A stretch of DNA of 64,000 nucleotides, taken from Tubulanus polymorphus. Lineage: Eukaryota > Animalia > Nemertea. Positions within the stretch are counted from its first letter, which is position 1; each line of letters begins with the position of its first letter. This document shows, piece by piece, positions 35,468 through 48,860 of the stretch. Below the pieces are notes generated by a model. That model was not told where the DNA came from and did not search any database. It saw only the letters and a list, made by a program, of their open reading frames with translations. The position numbers were made by a program, and so were the translations under genes. The stretch spans positions 21,486,150-21,550,149 of the forward strand of contig NC_134026.1 of assembly GCF_964204645.1 (NCBI RefSeq), given 5' to 3'.

Positions 35468-37042
35468 TGACCATGTACGCGTTAGCGTGTCACCAACTCT
35501 CAAAAGACTATTTTGTTGACTGGACACGACGACTCGATTGTCAGAAAGTGCCGCCGCGCTCGTTGGTTAGTCTCAGGGATTTCTCTGTCGTGCTTGCTGT
35601 CGTCGAGAACGGAAGATCGCAGTGCTGCTGCTGCTGCTGTGTCCGAAACGGTATTCATGCGTCGAAATTCATCATGAGCGTCATCTTCATCGAAGCCCTC
35701 CATCACCATCACCACCACCGCAGTTAATTATTATATTCATACATACACACACACCACGAACTATGTGCTTAAAAACGTTGTCAAAGCCCGGCTGCTAACG
35801 AAAGGGCTTTAACTTAAACCACCTTAAAACGGTAGATCGGTTATTTAAATCATGACTGCGCCACTCAGTGCAGGAGTTGCCCGTGGTTGTTAGTTGAAAA
35901 ATAAGCTCCCCATGTTCGATCATTCTATTGCGGAGTTGTTGATCGACAACTGTGGAACGCTATGCGTTAAGCACTGCGAAATTGCTGATAATGTTTATAT
36001 CTCTTAACAGAAAAGCTTGATCTATTATCGTGCTCTCCTCTGCCACTAGTCAATTTGATTTTTCCGAGCTCTTCGACTATGCTCTATGATTCGATTGCCA
36101 TCTCGCGTGGCACCACTTTCTGATAATCCTCGCTGCGTAATATCTGCGAAATCATTCCTTATATAGCATTATACAATACGATACGATACCCCCAGCGCAT
36201 TAGTGTTTCAATTTACGCCCTCCTTCCTTACTATACGTTATCCACCACACCCCTTCCTATATTATTAGAATGATGTGCTAGAATTAATCCTTGTTAAACG
36301 CACCCGTATCTAAAAATCACTTGCAAGTCCATTCAAAGGTACTCGGCATTCTCTGCACTAGATCCATGTGTACACCGTGCGATAGATTCCGAGTTCGGTT
36401 TCTTTGGGTTTAATGGAAAAAGTATACGGTCGAATTCCCGTACGCGAAAGGGATTTGAAGTTCTGCGCTCCTGGTCCACTAGGGTAGGCACTCGCAGCAC
36501 GGCTGAGTCTCGGTGCCACGGGCCAAAGATCGTTGGCGAATAGAATTCGAGGAGAACCGGGTGCACTTATTAATAATGACGAAAGTATAGAAACATGTTT
36601 ATCTCGCGTATAAATCTAACCAGTAATTTCTGATAGTAATCATCGTCATATTCAAACTACGTATCGCATAACGACATTTAATTCTCTATTGATAGATAAA
36701 AATAGATAGACAATTTAAACACACATCGATGATCACCATCATCTAGTATTAGTTACTACCGGGAGACAGTAGCCGCAATAATTTTCATCGTGTCATGTTT
36801 TGTGTGGATGTGAGTATAGTAGAGAGAAATCCCAAGATTGCGAACGAAACGGAACGAAACGTTTTATCGCTAACTCGGCGATAGCCCGCGCGAGTCTCGA
36901 CCGGAGAAGTCGATTTGATTTTCGAAAAAAAAAATTGTTCCATAGCGACGAATGCCGTTAAACAAACAACTGGCTTCTCTCGGTCATACGCTACCGAACC
37001 AACATTTTTCTTTGCCGTCGGTCATTTATTATTATTGATAAG

Positions 37043-37043
<1 letters not shown>

Positions 37044-37082
<39 letters not shown>
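37044..37082. repeat. (TTA)n microsatellite in the putative clathrin 3' UTR
   Basis: About 13 perfect TTA units. Confidence 0.9.
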
Positions 37083-37084
<2 letters not shown>

Positions 37085-38170
37085 AATACATATCTGTTTA
37101 TATGAGAAATGTGTATGTACAGAAATGGCTGAGATTTTTCCGTAATATTGTTGTCGTTTTTTGAGAGTGCTTGTATTTCACGATGTTCTCATTTTTGTTT
37201 CGCCCCGCGAAGTCGGTTCGGCCGAGACCGCGCTCGATTAACGCCTTTGAATTTTATCCCCTTTAGCCGCCGCTGCGGTAACTTCTAACATAGAACGAAT
37301 TAAGAATTGAAGATAGATTCGCAGTTATAATCGTTACTTCGTGTGGACGGGTTTGTTGATAAATATCGATGCATATATATTTGTCTGTGTACACGGAACG
37401 TTTTAGATTACGATGTTTGTAAATGTGAATGGTTGTACAAAAAGATAATGAATAGATGATACTGCATGCCTTCACCTTTGTAGATTCGATTTAGGAAAAA
37501 TAATTTTTGATTCGGTGAATATTCGGCAATTGAAAAATTCATCGAAGACGGCTTCATTGTAAAAAGCGAAAACCAAATATTCGATTTGTGTATTATATAG
37601 TAGGTTAAGTTATACTATGATAAGAAGAAAGTTTTTCCGTTGACCGTTTGGTGCGAATAAAAATGAACGCGCATTTCCCCCTTGTTAAGCTGAAGAAAAC
37701 TGAAACGAGATTTTTTTGTTCGTTTCACGATGGTTAGTTGGTTTATTATTTATGTCCGTGTGTCTATAGTTGGTCCTAGCTTCGTAGTAATGAATAATAC
37801 GATGAGCAGATGATGAATGAAAAAAAAAACGGGAAGAAATTTCGTCGGAAACTTGGAATCTTACCGTACCTGCCTATCTCGTATAAGAGAAAATCTCGAT
37901 TATATAATATACTATTGTTTAAGGTGTTTATTATTAAGAAAAAAACAACTCTGTAATAGATCCTATATGTAAAATAATAATATGGCCGCGTTAGTGTGTT
38001 CATTATAAAGTTATATATATATATAGATATATATATATATATGGCCAGGTCCACACTAAAAATCGTATATATAAATAAAAAATGAAATACAAGTCTTATT
38101 AGAACAAACGATTGTAGTGAAAGTATATAATAATAATAATATATGTACAAAATAATAATCGACGGGTTTA

Positions 38171-38220
38171 AATAAAGGCCTGTGTGATTAAATATGTCTT
38201 CGTTCTTCGTGTTTTTGTCC
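38171..38220 (+). terminator. Probable clathrin polyadenylation signal
   Basis: AATAAA at 38171-38176 followed by a T/GT-rich tract; further AATAAA at 37656 and 38074. Confidence 0.45.
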
Positions 38221-39933
38221 GGTGAGGTCATTTCATGAGGATTCAACTCTACCCTTCTGGTACGTGTTAATTGATGAGCCCATGTGTTTGATAAGTCCTC
38301 TGTTCATGTTCAGGCATTCGAAACTGGTGGCATCGGAAATGCATCATAAAGCAGGAAATGGTTAAGAGTTTTCTGGAGGAGGACCTACAAACCCACCCTC
38401 TCCGCTGGTTTTGCTACCCTATTCAGTTGGCCTTGGATCTACCCCTGGCCTTTGTTCAAACCTCCCAGCACTGCAGGCCGAGCTTTTTGGGGGATAGTTC
38501 TCAAGTTTCAAGAGAAAGGACACTTATTCACTGTGAAAATGGACATTTTCCAATTGAAAAAGGACTGATCGTAAATAAATCATTTGAGAATGGATTGATT
38601 TTCATTTAAAAAAGAAAAAACGAAAATTGTCTCCAAATTTTGGAAACCTTTACCCTAATTTTTTGCCAATGACTTTTTAAGAGCAATTTGATAATCTTAT
38701 GGGGTTCATTCCCTATTGTTGGTTCATTGGAGGCTTTACTCATTGCTATCAAAATAAAATATGTTTCGTATTCCTCGTTTATAGGAGTATATATTCAGTG
38801 ATGATCACTACTGACTAGATCATTTTTAAAGTGCTGTAGGTTTGTTATCAGTTGCCATTATTACAAAACAAATCAATGGAAACAAAAGATTTTTGTTTGG
38901 TTTCTGGTTGCTGATAGCGATGGAAAAAGCGATTCTCTCATCATGACCCGATAATAGCACCACGACTTAAAAACCGCAGACGGATATCTAGTACTGGAAT
39001 AAACCAGCCCTTTGTTGGTTTGCTATCAGTTGGCATCCACCTTCCTGGCATGAGTCAGACGAAGACCGAGCTAATTTTCTGAGGAAAATGAGCTCAAACT
39101 GTTACTACTGGTCACGAAAACTCTAAAAAATTGAATAAGTTCCAAAATATCCCTAAAAAACGATTTCGTTTTTTTAAAAATGATTTAGCGGCTTAGAAAG
39201 AAATAGTTTTGGTATCAATTACAGATTTTTAAACGTTTAATTGGCCTAAATAATTTGTCTTCCTTTTGGGAGACCTGTGTCTTTTTAAGTGGGTAAATAG
39301 GCCAGGTGTCTTCAGCACCGGCAAAGTGACAGTAACTATTTACTAGGTTAAAAAGTTATGTTTACATTTGGTGAAAATTGATATTTGAATGCCAAAACAA
39401 TAAACCCCTGTAAATCGCTCGAGAAAACTTGAGACTATGCCATGTTCAGCGTATAGGGGTTTGTAGCTAGTGTTTGGCTAATTAGTGACAGCGTGGATTA
39501 CGGTTATCTGCCCTAAACCTTTCACACACTAATTGACCCCGTTGAGTAAACAGTTTCTCATATCTACTCCAGTGGACAAGAGCAAACAATATGCCGAATT
39601 ATCTCAAAATCCTTTGTTATTGTCACCCTATCTTGCTGTGAGCATGAGTAAGCGAGTCCATTCGCGGCTTGCGCTTGGGAATATTCATTGGCGCTCACTT
39701 CGGATGAGGTTTCCACATTGCGGCCGAATTCAACTGATTAGAACTTTAAATTCTCGGTATTACTTGTCACCAACTATTCGAGGCCCGCATTGGTTGTGAG
39801 TGCTGATTCATACTCGTTGAGAATCGAAACAAAACCGAATTCAGTTTTCTAATCACTACGCTTAAGTCGCCTGAACGGAGGGTCGAAAAGAAGCGTTGCC
39901 AGAGAAATTGACTGTAAAAAATACACCGATAAT

Positions 39934-42900
39934 ATGGAGATTCGATTCGTTTTGATAGCAGTTTTTGCGATTTTATTTAGCTTATCTTGCGGGCTCGATG
40001 CAAGAGGCTGCGGAGAAAATAATTTCTGTTGCAAAGGACAAAATAACACGTGCATCGGCAAGACAACGAATCGCCGAGGTCGAGAAGTGACATGTTATTG
40101 TGACGAAAACTGTCGGCGTAATTCAGATTGCTGCGAGGATTATTTGCAGCTATGCCAACGTAAGTTTTTTTGCAAATCAAAATAAGCATTTTTTGAATAA
40201 TATTTAACTTTGCAATAAGTTGGTATTCAATTATTAATATTTGAGTGGTGTAGATTTTTTGTGAAGATCCACTTGTGCAAGACACGCCCAGGTTTCCCAG
40301 TCCTGCGCTTTGGCTCCAGGCAACCGTCGGGACGCCGTGTATATTTATGAGCGCTTCTACTTCTTTTTTAAATGCTTGAATACCGAAAAAATTTCCAGAC
40401 CTAGAATGGGACGTTATTTTAGTCCTTCAGCACATATTTCCATAGGCGTCAGAAAGGAAACCAGTCATGTTTCAATAATCGTTCTAATTGAGACCTCGAG
40501 GTTTTTTCTTTCCTTACAATCTCCAGCTTGCTACCAGACCTGACCTAAAAACTTTTTAACGAGGTGAAAAAAGCAAACTCGTTCTAGCCAGGAATATAAA
40601 AATATAAAGGCCATGTTTAGTTGATTCTTTGCCTGTGAGATATATACAAGATCGTTATCGAGAAAGCCATGTTGATTTGGTTAAATGGCTTCTTAAAATA
40701 AGTCGTATGATGTAAGAGTAAATATTTTACCAGCCATTTGTGTCGTTTGGTTTTCGTCTTACAAACCCACAATGTGAGTTACGTAGAATTGACCCAACTG
40801 ATAGAAAAGCCAGAAATGAACCGCGCGCCCTTATTTTGTTTCCGCGTATGTCAAAAGACAATGCAATTTCAAATGTTTCTTGGTATGTTTTCATCTACCA
40901 CAATTAAATGGTTTCAAATAATGATGAATCGGATTCCGCGAAAATGATTTATCAACGCGTTTAACAATTTTCATCGAAGGCAGCAATAACATTGTTTTGG
41001 TGGTCTAATAAATCAAATACTACAGTGTTCTGTGTGTAGTCCTATTATGAATATCGGTAGCAAAGTCATAGTTCAAATGATAACATTGAAAGAATACTTC
41101 AAATCTCGACTGATGTTTGATTTTCGATAACGGTTGGCGATCAAAACACCTTCCGGCGCACTGAGTTCCACCCACACACCGACCGCCGATCACACATACT
41201 TGGATTCCCGATTTCAAAATCAAACCCCCTGTTTCGTTCCCGGCTGGTGTGGTGGGTTTGTGAGGACAATCAAATCAAATCTATCAATTAAATAAATTCC
41301 AGGGCCAATCCCTACTTTAAGATAAAACAGTGCACCATTTTCTGCGGACAGCTTTGTGACAAAACATTTTGTTTGCGCTGCGCGAGAAAGCCCACATGCG
41401 ATGCGAGGCAGGAAATCAGAATGCTTGTGCATTCGATCATTTCCTTAATGGTCAAACTGTGACATATTTCAGGTTTTAATAGCCAATTTCCAGTGCACTG
41501 ACCGCGTGTTGTGGATCTATCGAAGACGGATACCGCAATATTTGTGCAAAACCACATCCTCCGAAAAGCGCTATAAAAATTCAACCCTCCACGTGGATAC
41601 GGAATGTCTAAAAGTTCACGGGGAAATGCAAATTTCACTTCGTTCCCTTGAAAAATCGAAATTTTAGCAATGGGTCCAGCCCTCACCATACATTTCGGCT
41701 AGATGATGATTTACCTTCCATACCATATATTTCCCATTTGAACATAAAAAACGTCTCGGATGTTTGAGGAGATTTCTAAGAATAACTGTTGCTTCCCCGC
41801 ACAGCGAGAAGCATGGTGGCCTGGTGGCACAGTTCTTTTTTTTCTCGTTGAGATGATGATGTATTTTGTGTCTCCGCTGGAATATAAAAATCAGTACACC
41901 CGCCAAGAACCAGCTCGGATTTTCTGTGTACCCAGATGTTGCGTTCGCCGTAGCCAATATTTATAGATGATCTAATACGTATATCTTAGCTTCCGCGGTT
42001 TAACATCCCATATTTATTTACCCTGGAAAAAATCTGTTTGCGTTGCCACTTCGTTCACGCCAAGAGGAATTAGAACGAGAGCATAATTGCATCCACAAAA
42101 AAAACCTAAGATTTATTAATTTCTCGCACAAAGTTGGTGATTTTAAGGAAATATCATCATAATTCTGCGAAGCCTGAGTCACTGGAACCCTTTTCACAGA
42201 TACACTGCGAGGGCTACCATCACTAGGGCCGACCGCTATTTGCTATGTACGCTACACCTGCTTGTTGAACAAGTGGCTGAGAATTTTTTGTTGTATATAG
42301 TACGTCCACACACAGTTCACCGAGGTCAGACATAAGTTATGTCTCCATTTCCTTCGAATCGAATGAACCGAACGTATATGACATTTTTCAATTAACACAA
42401 CCTTATCAAATATCAATACTGAGTTCCTGTGTATATCCATAAAGAAATATCACATGTGCGTGAAGATATGAATTGGAAAAAATATGTACGTATACTGATG
42501 ACTAAATGTATTCCCTTAGAGTTTCTTTCCGAAATGAGATCTCCCAGAAAATCAACACAAGGATCATGATAGATTTTGTATGAATCGATGACCGAAACAG
42601 TTTAAAATTTCCAAAGCTGATGGATCGAAGAATTGATAAATACTGATTTCGACCCAAAACATCGGGGCTCCTAATTTTTCTGAACACCAAAATCCTTCGT
42701 GGAATAACCATTATTTTCATTCCTTGAAGCGTTAAAAAGTTATTTTTTTTCAATAATCTGATATGAATTTATATTTTCAGTGGTTCACTGTAGGGTATCC
42801 GACTGGTCGAAATGGAGTGAGTGCAGCAACCAGTGCGGAGCCGGTACTCGCACAAGCACGCGATCCGTAATAGAAGCGCCCAGAAATGGCGGCGATTCCT

Positions 42901-45900
42901 GCCCTCCGCTCACCAAACAACGACCCTGTCTAGGACACCATTGCATTGAAATTGATCACTCGAAATATTTGAAAAAAGGTAAACTATTTTGCATAGTATT
43001 TATCGCTCCGTTTTATCGCTCATCTTTTTTGCAGAGTAATCAAAGATATTGACTTGCTAATTCTGGGAATCCGAGTGCATTAAAAGTATATCTCAGCTTC
43101 TCTACTTTTTTTATTACGAAAGAGCACTCGGTTTATTTTGACCCTAATCTAAAATGCGTAAAAAGAAACTAAAGTTGCGCTGTAATTCCCAGCATACTTA
43201 TTTTGATGCGGAATATTTCCGCGCGCGGCCTTACAACAGAGACAAAACATATAAACATCTGGTGTGAACTTCGTTTCTTGAGTAAACCGACGTCAGCTCC
43301 AAAACCAACTCAAGCGCCTGTGTTTATCACCTGGATAACATACGTAGATCCAGGGTAACAACTCCTTCGAGGAATGATATAATCCTAACATTTTACGTCA
43401 CAATAATGACTTAGAGAAATGTAGCCGTTTGGTTACCCGACTGGCAACTATGTTGAAGAGCAGAAAATGCAAACGCGGACAAATGGTTAATCTACATAAT
43501 TTACTTGAAATTCGTTTTTCGTGGGGTCTGTTCCTCGGCTACAATTGGTCATAATCTGGGTCAATGAAATTATCCCTTGCTTTAACCCCGATCAAATACG
43601 TGATCAGGATGGAGTAAATTGGCCCCATATACAACGGTGGTGTAATTTTACACCTTGAAGATCTTCCGGTGCAATAATCACCGTTAATGTACAAACGAGA
43701 TTCCATGCTTCGGCCGGATCTCAGGTATGGTCGGAATTAACATTTCTAAACCACTTCCCACGAACTATTTCTCTATCACGCACAATCTAAAACGCGGCTA
43801 TAAATGCCACCGTTTTCCTGTAAATCGCGATATCGAAACTTTTCCTCCTCTTGACCTCGATTACCGCGCAGTTCTCGTCCTTCACATGATCTAAAAAAGA
43901 TTACATCCGATATCAATAATGTGATATCAACTTATCGGAGTCTTATCCGAGAAAACGAGCGTGTAGCAGCTTTTTCTTTCTTTGTATATATAGAAAGTTT
44001 AATGAAAAACCCGAGGAAAAAACTCGAGTCCCGCTGTGGAAAAGGTGATTTGCCGGTCAAACGAATACCCAAATGATCCTCATCATCCGAACTGAATGGT
44101 ACTTGAAAAATTCAGATATCAGGAATAGCGCAATTTATTTGTTTTTTACGTCAAATAGTTGACACTTTGCGTACTTCGTTCTCGATTACCAATATGGAGC
44201 ATCTCAAACCGGGTCAATGTTTGCGAGCTTTTCAGTATCGGATCTTGTTTAGAAAATCCGTAACGTTGAATTGAAGCGAACAGACGAAGGCGACGCTTTC
44301 GTTTTCATCAATCTGAACCGACGTATTGAAAAAGTATGGGTCAGGCTGTGGAAATATATAGGCCGAGACCCATACATTTCTATCCACTCTTTCTAATTAT
44401 GGAAATAGCGAGGGCTTTTTTCTCTCCACAATATAATTTTGATACCATAAAATGATAAATCATGCTATTGTGTCCTTGTGGATGGTGGTTTTTTTTAGAT
44501 GGTATGGCAATTACTTTGCGGTTACGAATACCGACGCGTTTCCACGAAGATTTTTGCAGTTAAACGCATCAATTATCCCAATTGGATAGCCCTAAGTTGA
44601 TTTTTCTGTTAAGCGTTATAATAGAATATCAAATGATTACTGTAAATTGGCTCGTTAACCCTTGGAGAATTATTTTCTTTTGTTATAAACCGTTGCCAAA
44701 ACTTAAAGTGAACGAACGTTTTCTACGGGCTTACCTTTAACTTATTAAAAATGTAACAGGATATTTTGCACAGCAATCTAAGTGAAAATGATGTTGAAAC
44801 AGGATCCGTTGAAAGATGTGATGTACCGAGCACTTTGTACCGGAGGAAAGTCGTGTGACTTCAGTGCATTTAAAGGCCATTAACGTTACATCACGTATTT
44901 GGCACGGTACCATCTTTGTTAGGTTGAACCACCTCTGCCAGGAATTTCGTGTTGATGCGTATTCAATGAAAGACCTTTTGGCCCTAAACGAAGTGGCTTT
45001 TATGTATTTTACATTAGAAAATATGTCAATTACTATAGGCGAAATGTCGAATAAACTACTAGCCCAAGGCAACATTTTCGGACTTAGATTTGTCGGTATC
45101 ATTGTGGGGTTCTCTGGTCAGCGTATCTACATCGTTGTTCCGTGGTAACACAAATTATTTTGAGAAAATCCCCATCTTGACTCGCGTACACGTATAGTAT
45201 TTTCCGATTACCTCGACGTGAAGCAATGTTTCCTGAATAAATACCAGCTATGCACTAGTGTTGTTTTCTTTAATAATTTCTTCGGTTCTATCTTAAAAAG
45301 ATATATATGTCGAATATACTTTCATACATGATGGATGGATAGAATTTCTTCATTGAAAAATGTGAGTGGTTTAGGATGGGCGATCGGATGGCGCGCTTTC
45401 ACCAGCGCGCGCGAATATCTTAAAAACGATAACCCCCTGCAAAATTCACCAAAACGAGGTCACCGTTATGCAGAGGCAGAATTGTATTTTTTGGAACCTT
45501 AGCTCCCTTAATAAGAATTTTATTTCACGCTGATTTTTCTATCTATTTTTCCAGAATCGGCGAGAATATTACCAGCTCGATTTGGCAGGTGGAGACGACA
45601 CAAAGCTTACGACATCCGAACAGACATCAGGAAAAATCTTTATCATCACTATTTGTCAAATGACATCAGCAGAAAACCAAAGTATGTAAAAAATTATATA
45701 ATTGGAAGTGAAAATGAAAACGGCAGATGTTTTTCATCTGGGATTTTTAGTGTCCATCTTCTTTGCTATTTCCTCGTGCATTTCCTGTTGGAAACCTTGG
45801 TATTGTATTTCTAATAAAGAAAAAATGTTTACAATAAAAGTTATCATCGAAAACTTAATGAAATCTTCAAATCTATCGGCGTTTCTTTTAAGGGTAACGA

Positions 45901-46734
45901 GTACTGTTGACGCTAGCCGACTGATCTAATGATCGAAGTATCGGTCAGACTATGCGTCTAGTTCATTAGTCCGGGTTGAACGGGGGCAGACTGCGTTGGT
46001 ATCGTAGTAAGTTTCGCGAAGAATGTCGGCTAGTTTTCATGTAAAATTTGAACAACTCGTTCGCATCGGTTAACAAACTATGTAGAGCCCTCTTATCGAT
46101 CTAGCTGCACCTGAGTTGCATGTGTATCAGTCTCCGTATCATTTGGATAAATAACGATTAACTCGTGTGTATCGGTGGTTGTTCGGCGGTATATCCTAAA
46201 TTACATAAGTAATTTGACTATATTCGAAGCACCTGCCGTAAGAAAATAGTAAATAAACTTAACACGCGCATTTATACACCCGGGAAAGTAATCATTTTCA
46301 CCTGCTGATTGAATAATGTATGTGTATACGTTTATAAGTTTGGAAAATGTTTAGGTTAATGTTAAGTACACTTTAGAGTCAGGTTTCGTAACGAATTCAG
46401 CGAATTTATTTTCTATTCAATATGTTCGTTTATTTCCATTTTTAGTTACTGTGCCAAATTTGAAATAATCGACAACCGAAAAGCCTGCTATCGCAAGGAC
46501 TTCAGAAGATGGGCCGGATTCCTGGAGGCGGGAACTCAACTGTGCGTCGAGTGCCAACCATACGCCATGAAACGAGCCCTAGGCATGCGATGTCGCGGAC
46601 ACGGACTACAGAACGTGAAAACCAGATGGAACGCCATGAACGTGCCCGGTTGCCACGGTCTTTGGGTCAGAAAATCGGAATTCTCGGACTGCACGTGTAA
46701 CCCAAGAAACGCGCACAGTTTTATATTCGCCTGA
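39934..46734 (+). CDS. SBSPON: Somatomedin-B and thrombospondin type-1 domain-containing protein (RPE-spondin-like), 4 exons, 279 aa
   Basis: Signal peptide, SMB domain CYCDENCRRNSDCCEDY, TSP1 domain CRVSDWSKWSECSNQCGAGTRTSTRSV..GGDSCPPL, C-terminal domain YCAKF..LCVECQPYAM..RCRGHG..RWNAMNVPGCHGLW..SFIFA. Exons 39934-40159, 42781-42978, 45555-45681, 46446-46734. Confidence 0.92.
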
Positions 46735-48860
46735 GTGTAGAACATAACTTGAGTTCATCATTATAAGTACCACTAAGCTTACATATTTACATAAATACAT
46801 AAAAGTATCATACGTACCATCGTTTCATCCGGATTCAAAATCCTCGATTGAGTATATTAGTGTACGTGACCATCGAGATGAGAAGGTGAGGACTCAAAAA
46901 CGGGGAATAAATGTAAACATATGTGAATGAATTCGCGTTTATTATTTTGATATTTTGAGAAATGTATAGAAGATTGCAATACGGGCTTTTAACGCACAAG
47001 CCAACAAGTTGTTGAGCATAATTTCATAAACGAACATCTCAGGATACTGTGAATTTTGTATTTCGAAAAGTATTCGCAACAACATTTTAAAACTTTTTTA
47101 ACCACTCGTAACACGTGTTTTACATTTTATAAACGCTGAAGCTTCTTGTATTGTATATAACGTTATTACACAAACAAGTTTTTCGCAACTTTAAAAAAAA
47201 GTTAAGTGTATGTTAATCTGCATATAGGCATATATATAAATAGTTATTTCTTGGATTATGGTTCGTGTATAGCAATTGATATAATTAAATAAATGTATGC
47301 AATTTTCTCCTTATCTTTATTATATTGAATATCGATAAAACAACTAAAACTGAGATCATTTCGTGTTAGGGAATTTCTTTTTTCGTATATTTTGATATTT
47401 TCGAATTTAAGAATCGATTACAGAGGAAAACGAACTCGCACAGAAAGAGTTATAAGTATATCGGTACTATGTCTGATTCGTTGAAAGGGGCTCCGCTGTA
47501 TTTTGTCAAGTTGTATACACGTAAGTGTGTGTCGCCACTATTCAATTCGAACTTATTGGTGAGAAGTAGTTCTCTAGAAATATGAAATTATACATATGTA
47601 TGTCTACTATTAGATTGTATCTGAGAAAATTCTTTTTCAAGCGATTACAGATGGTGGATTGATGTGGGGGTTATAGTTCACAATTCGGTGCATGTATTCA
47701 TCATGTTCAACGCGAGAAGTAGCGAAAATATGAAATTAAATTCGTGTTTTTATTGAATGAAAAGAATAAACTGCCATATTTGTAGATTAAACTGTCTTCG
47801 CGTGGTTCGCTGATTTATCTAAAATCGTCTTCCGACCGATAATCGAAAATGGAAGGAAATAGGAGCTTCTCTCGGCGGACATTGTGTCTTATCAATGAAA
47901 ATCATTCTTCTTTGCGGTCTCTAGGTTTTTCGGTTGCGAAGGAAGTGGTTGCAAGTGCAAGCGTAAATCAACTCGGGTAAAATTGAAGACAAAGAACAAA
48001 GGTTATCTTAAATTTAGCAAATACAATACAACGAAGAGCTTATGCGCTAAGGCTGCGGTCTATGTGAGAAAGCGTTTAGATATAGTATGCAGAGTTCCTA
48101 GACACTGTGATAACTTGCGTTACTTTTGTTCATTCTACTAACTATGTTTGCCTTATAAATAGATGTTGATTTCATGGGCATTTATTTTTTTCTGTTCCCC
48201 AATAGTAGGTATGTCCAATGAAAACTTGCATTCCACCAGCAGGGTTGGTGTTTGAATATTCATGTTGAGTCCCACAATTATGAATTCAGATATCATCGAG
48301 GAATCTATTGAAACCACGTTGATTTGGCTGCATTCTAGCAGGTGGAATTGAACTTGATGCATATCGACCGCGTATCTTCAGTTTCATGTGGTTTAGTTAA
48401 AGGGCTAACAAGGATTCAAGATAACTTTGCCTCCGATACAGCAGTCTAAGAACTAATGATCAAAATAATCACCTTTCGAAGCAGAACCGACAAGAGAAAG
48501 CATTCCGTAGAGTTTCTGTTGGTTTGTACTTAAGCTCCGCGGGCGCACTTATAGAAATGCGTTTGCGCCCACATCAATTCTTCGGTCCATGCTGGTATAG
48601 TTTGGAACTCCTTCATTTCTGCCGCGACAGGTATTGTGGTGGCGATGGAAACGAAAACTCAGGGAGCAAAGCTTATCAGTGGCTGGGACGTTTTCAGTTC
48701 CAAACAAAGTGAAAACAGCCGATTGAAGATAATATTTAATTACCAATATAAAATTTATTACTTTATACACAAATTCATAACATCCTTGAGTACCGTAATA
48801 AAATGCCATGAACAAAGAAAACAAACATTCACTCATTTGTAAAATGCAAACAGAATTGAA

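Noticed and set aside
37776-38246. 156-aa hydrophobic ORF
   Set aside because: Ile/Tyr/Phe translation of AT-rich low-complexity UTR sequence.
40310-45148. Short ORFs within SBSPON introns as nested genes
   Set aside because: No recognisable domains or consistent splice chains, apart from the true exon at 42781-42978.
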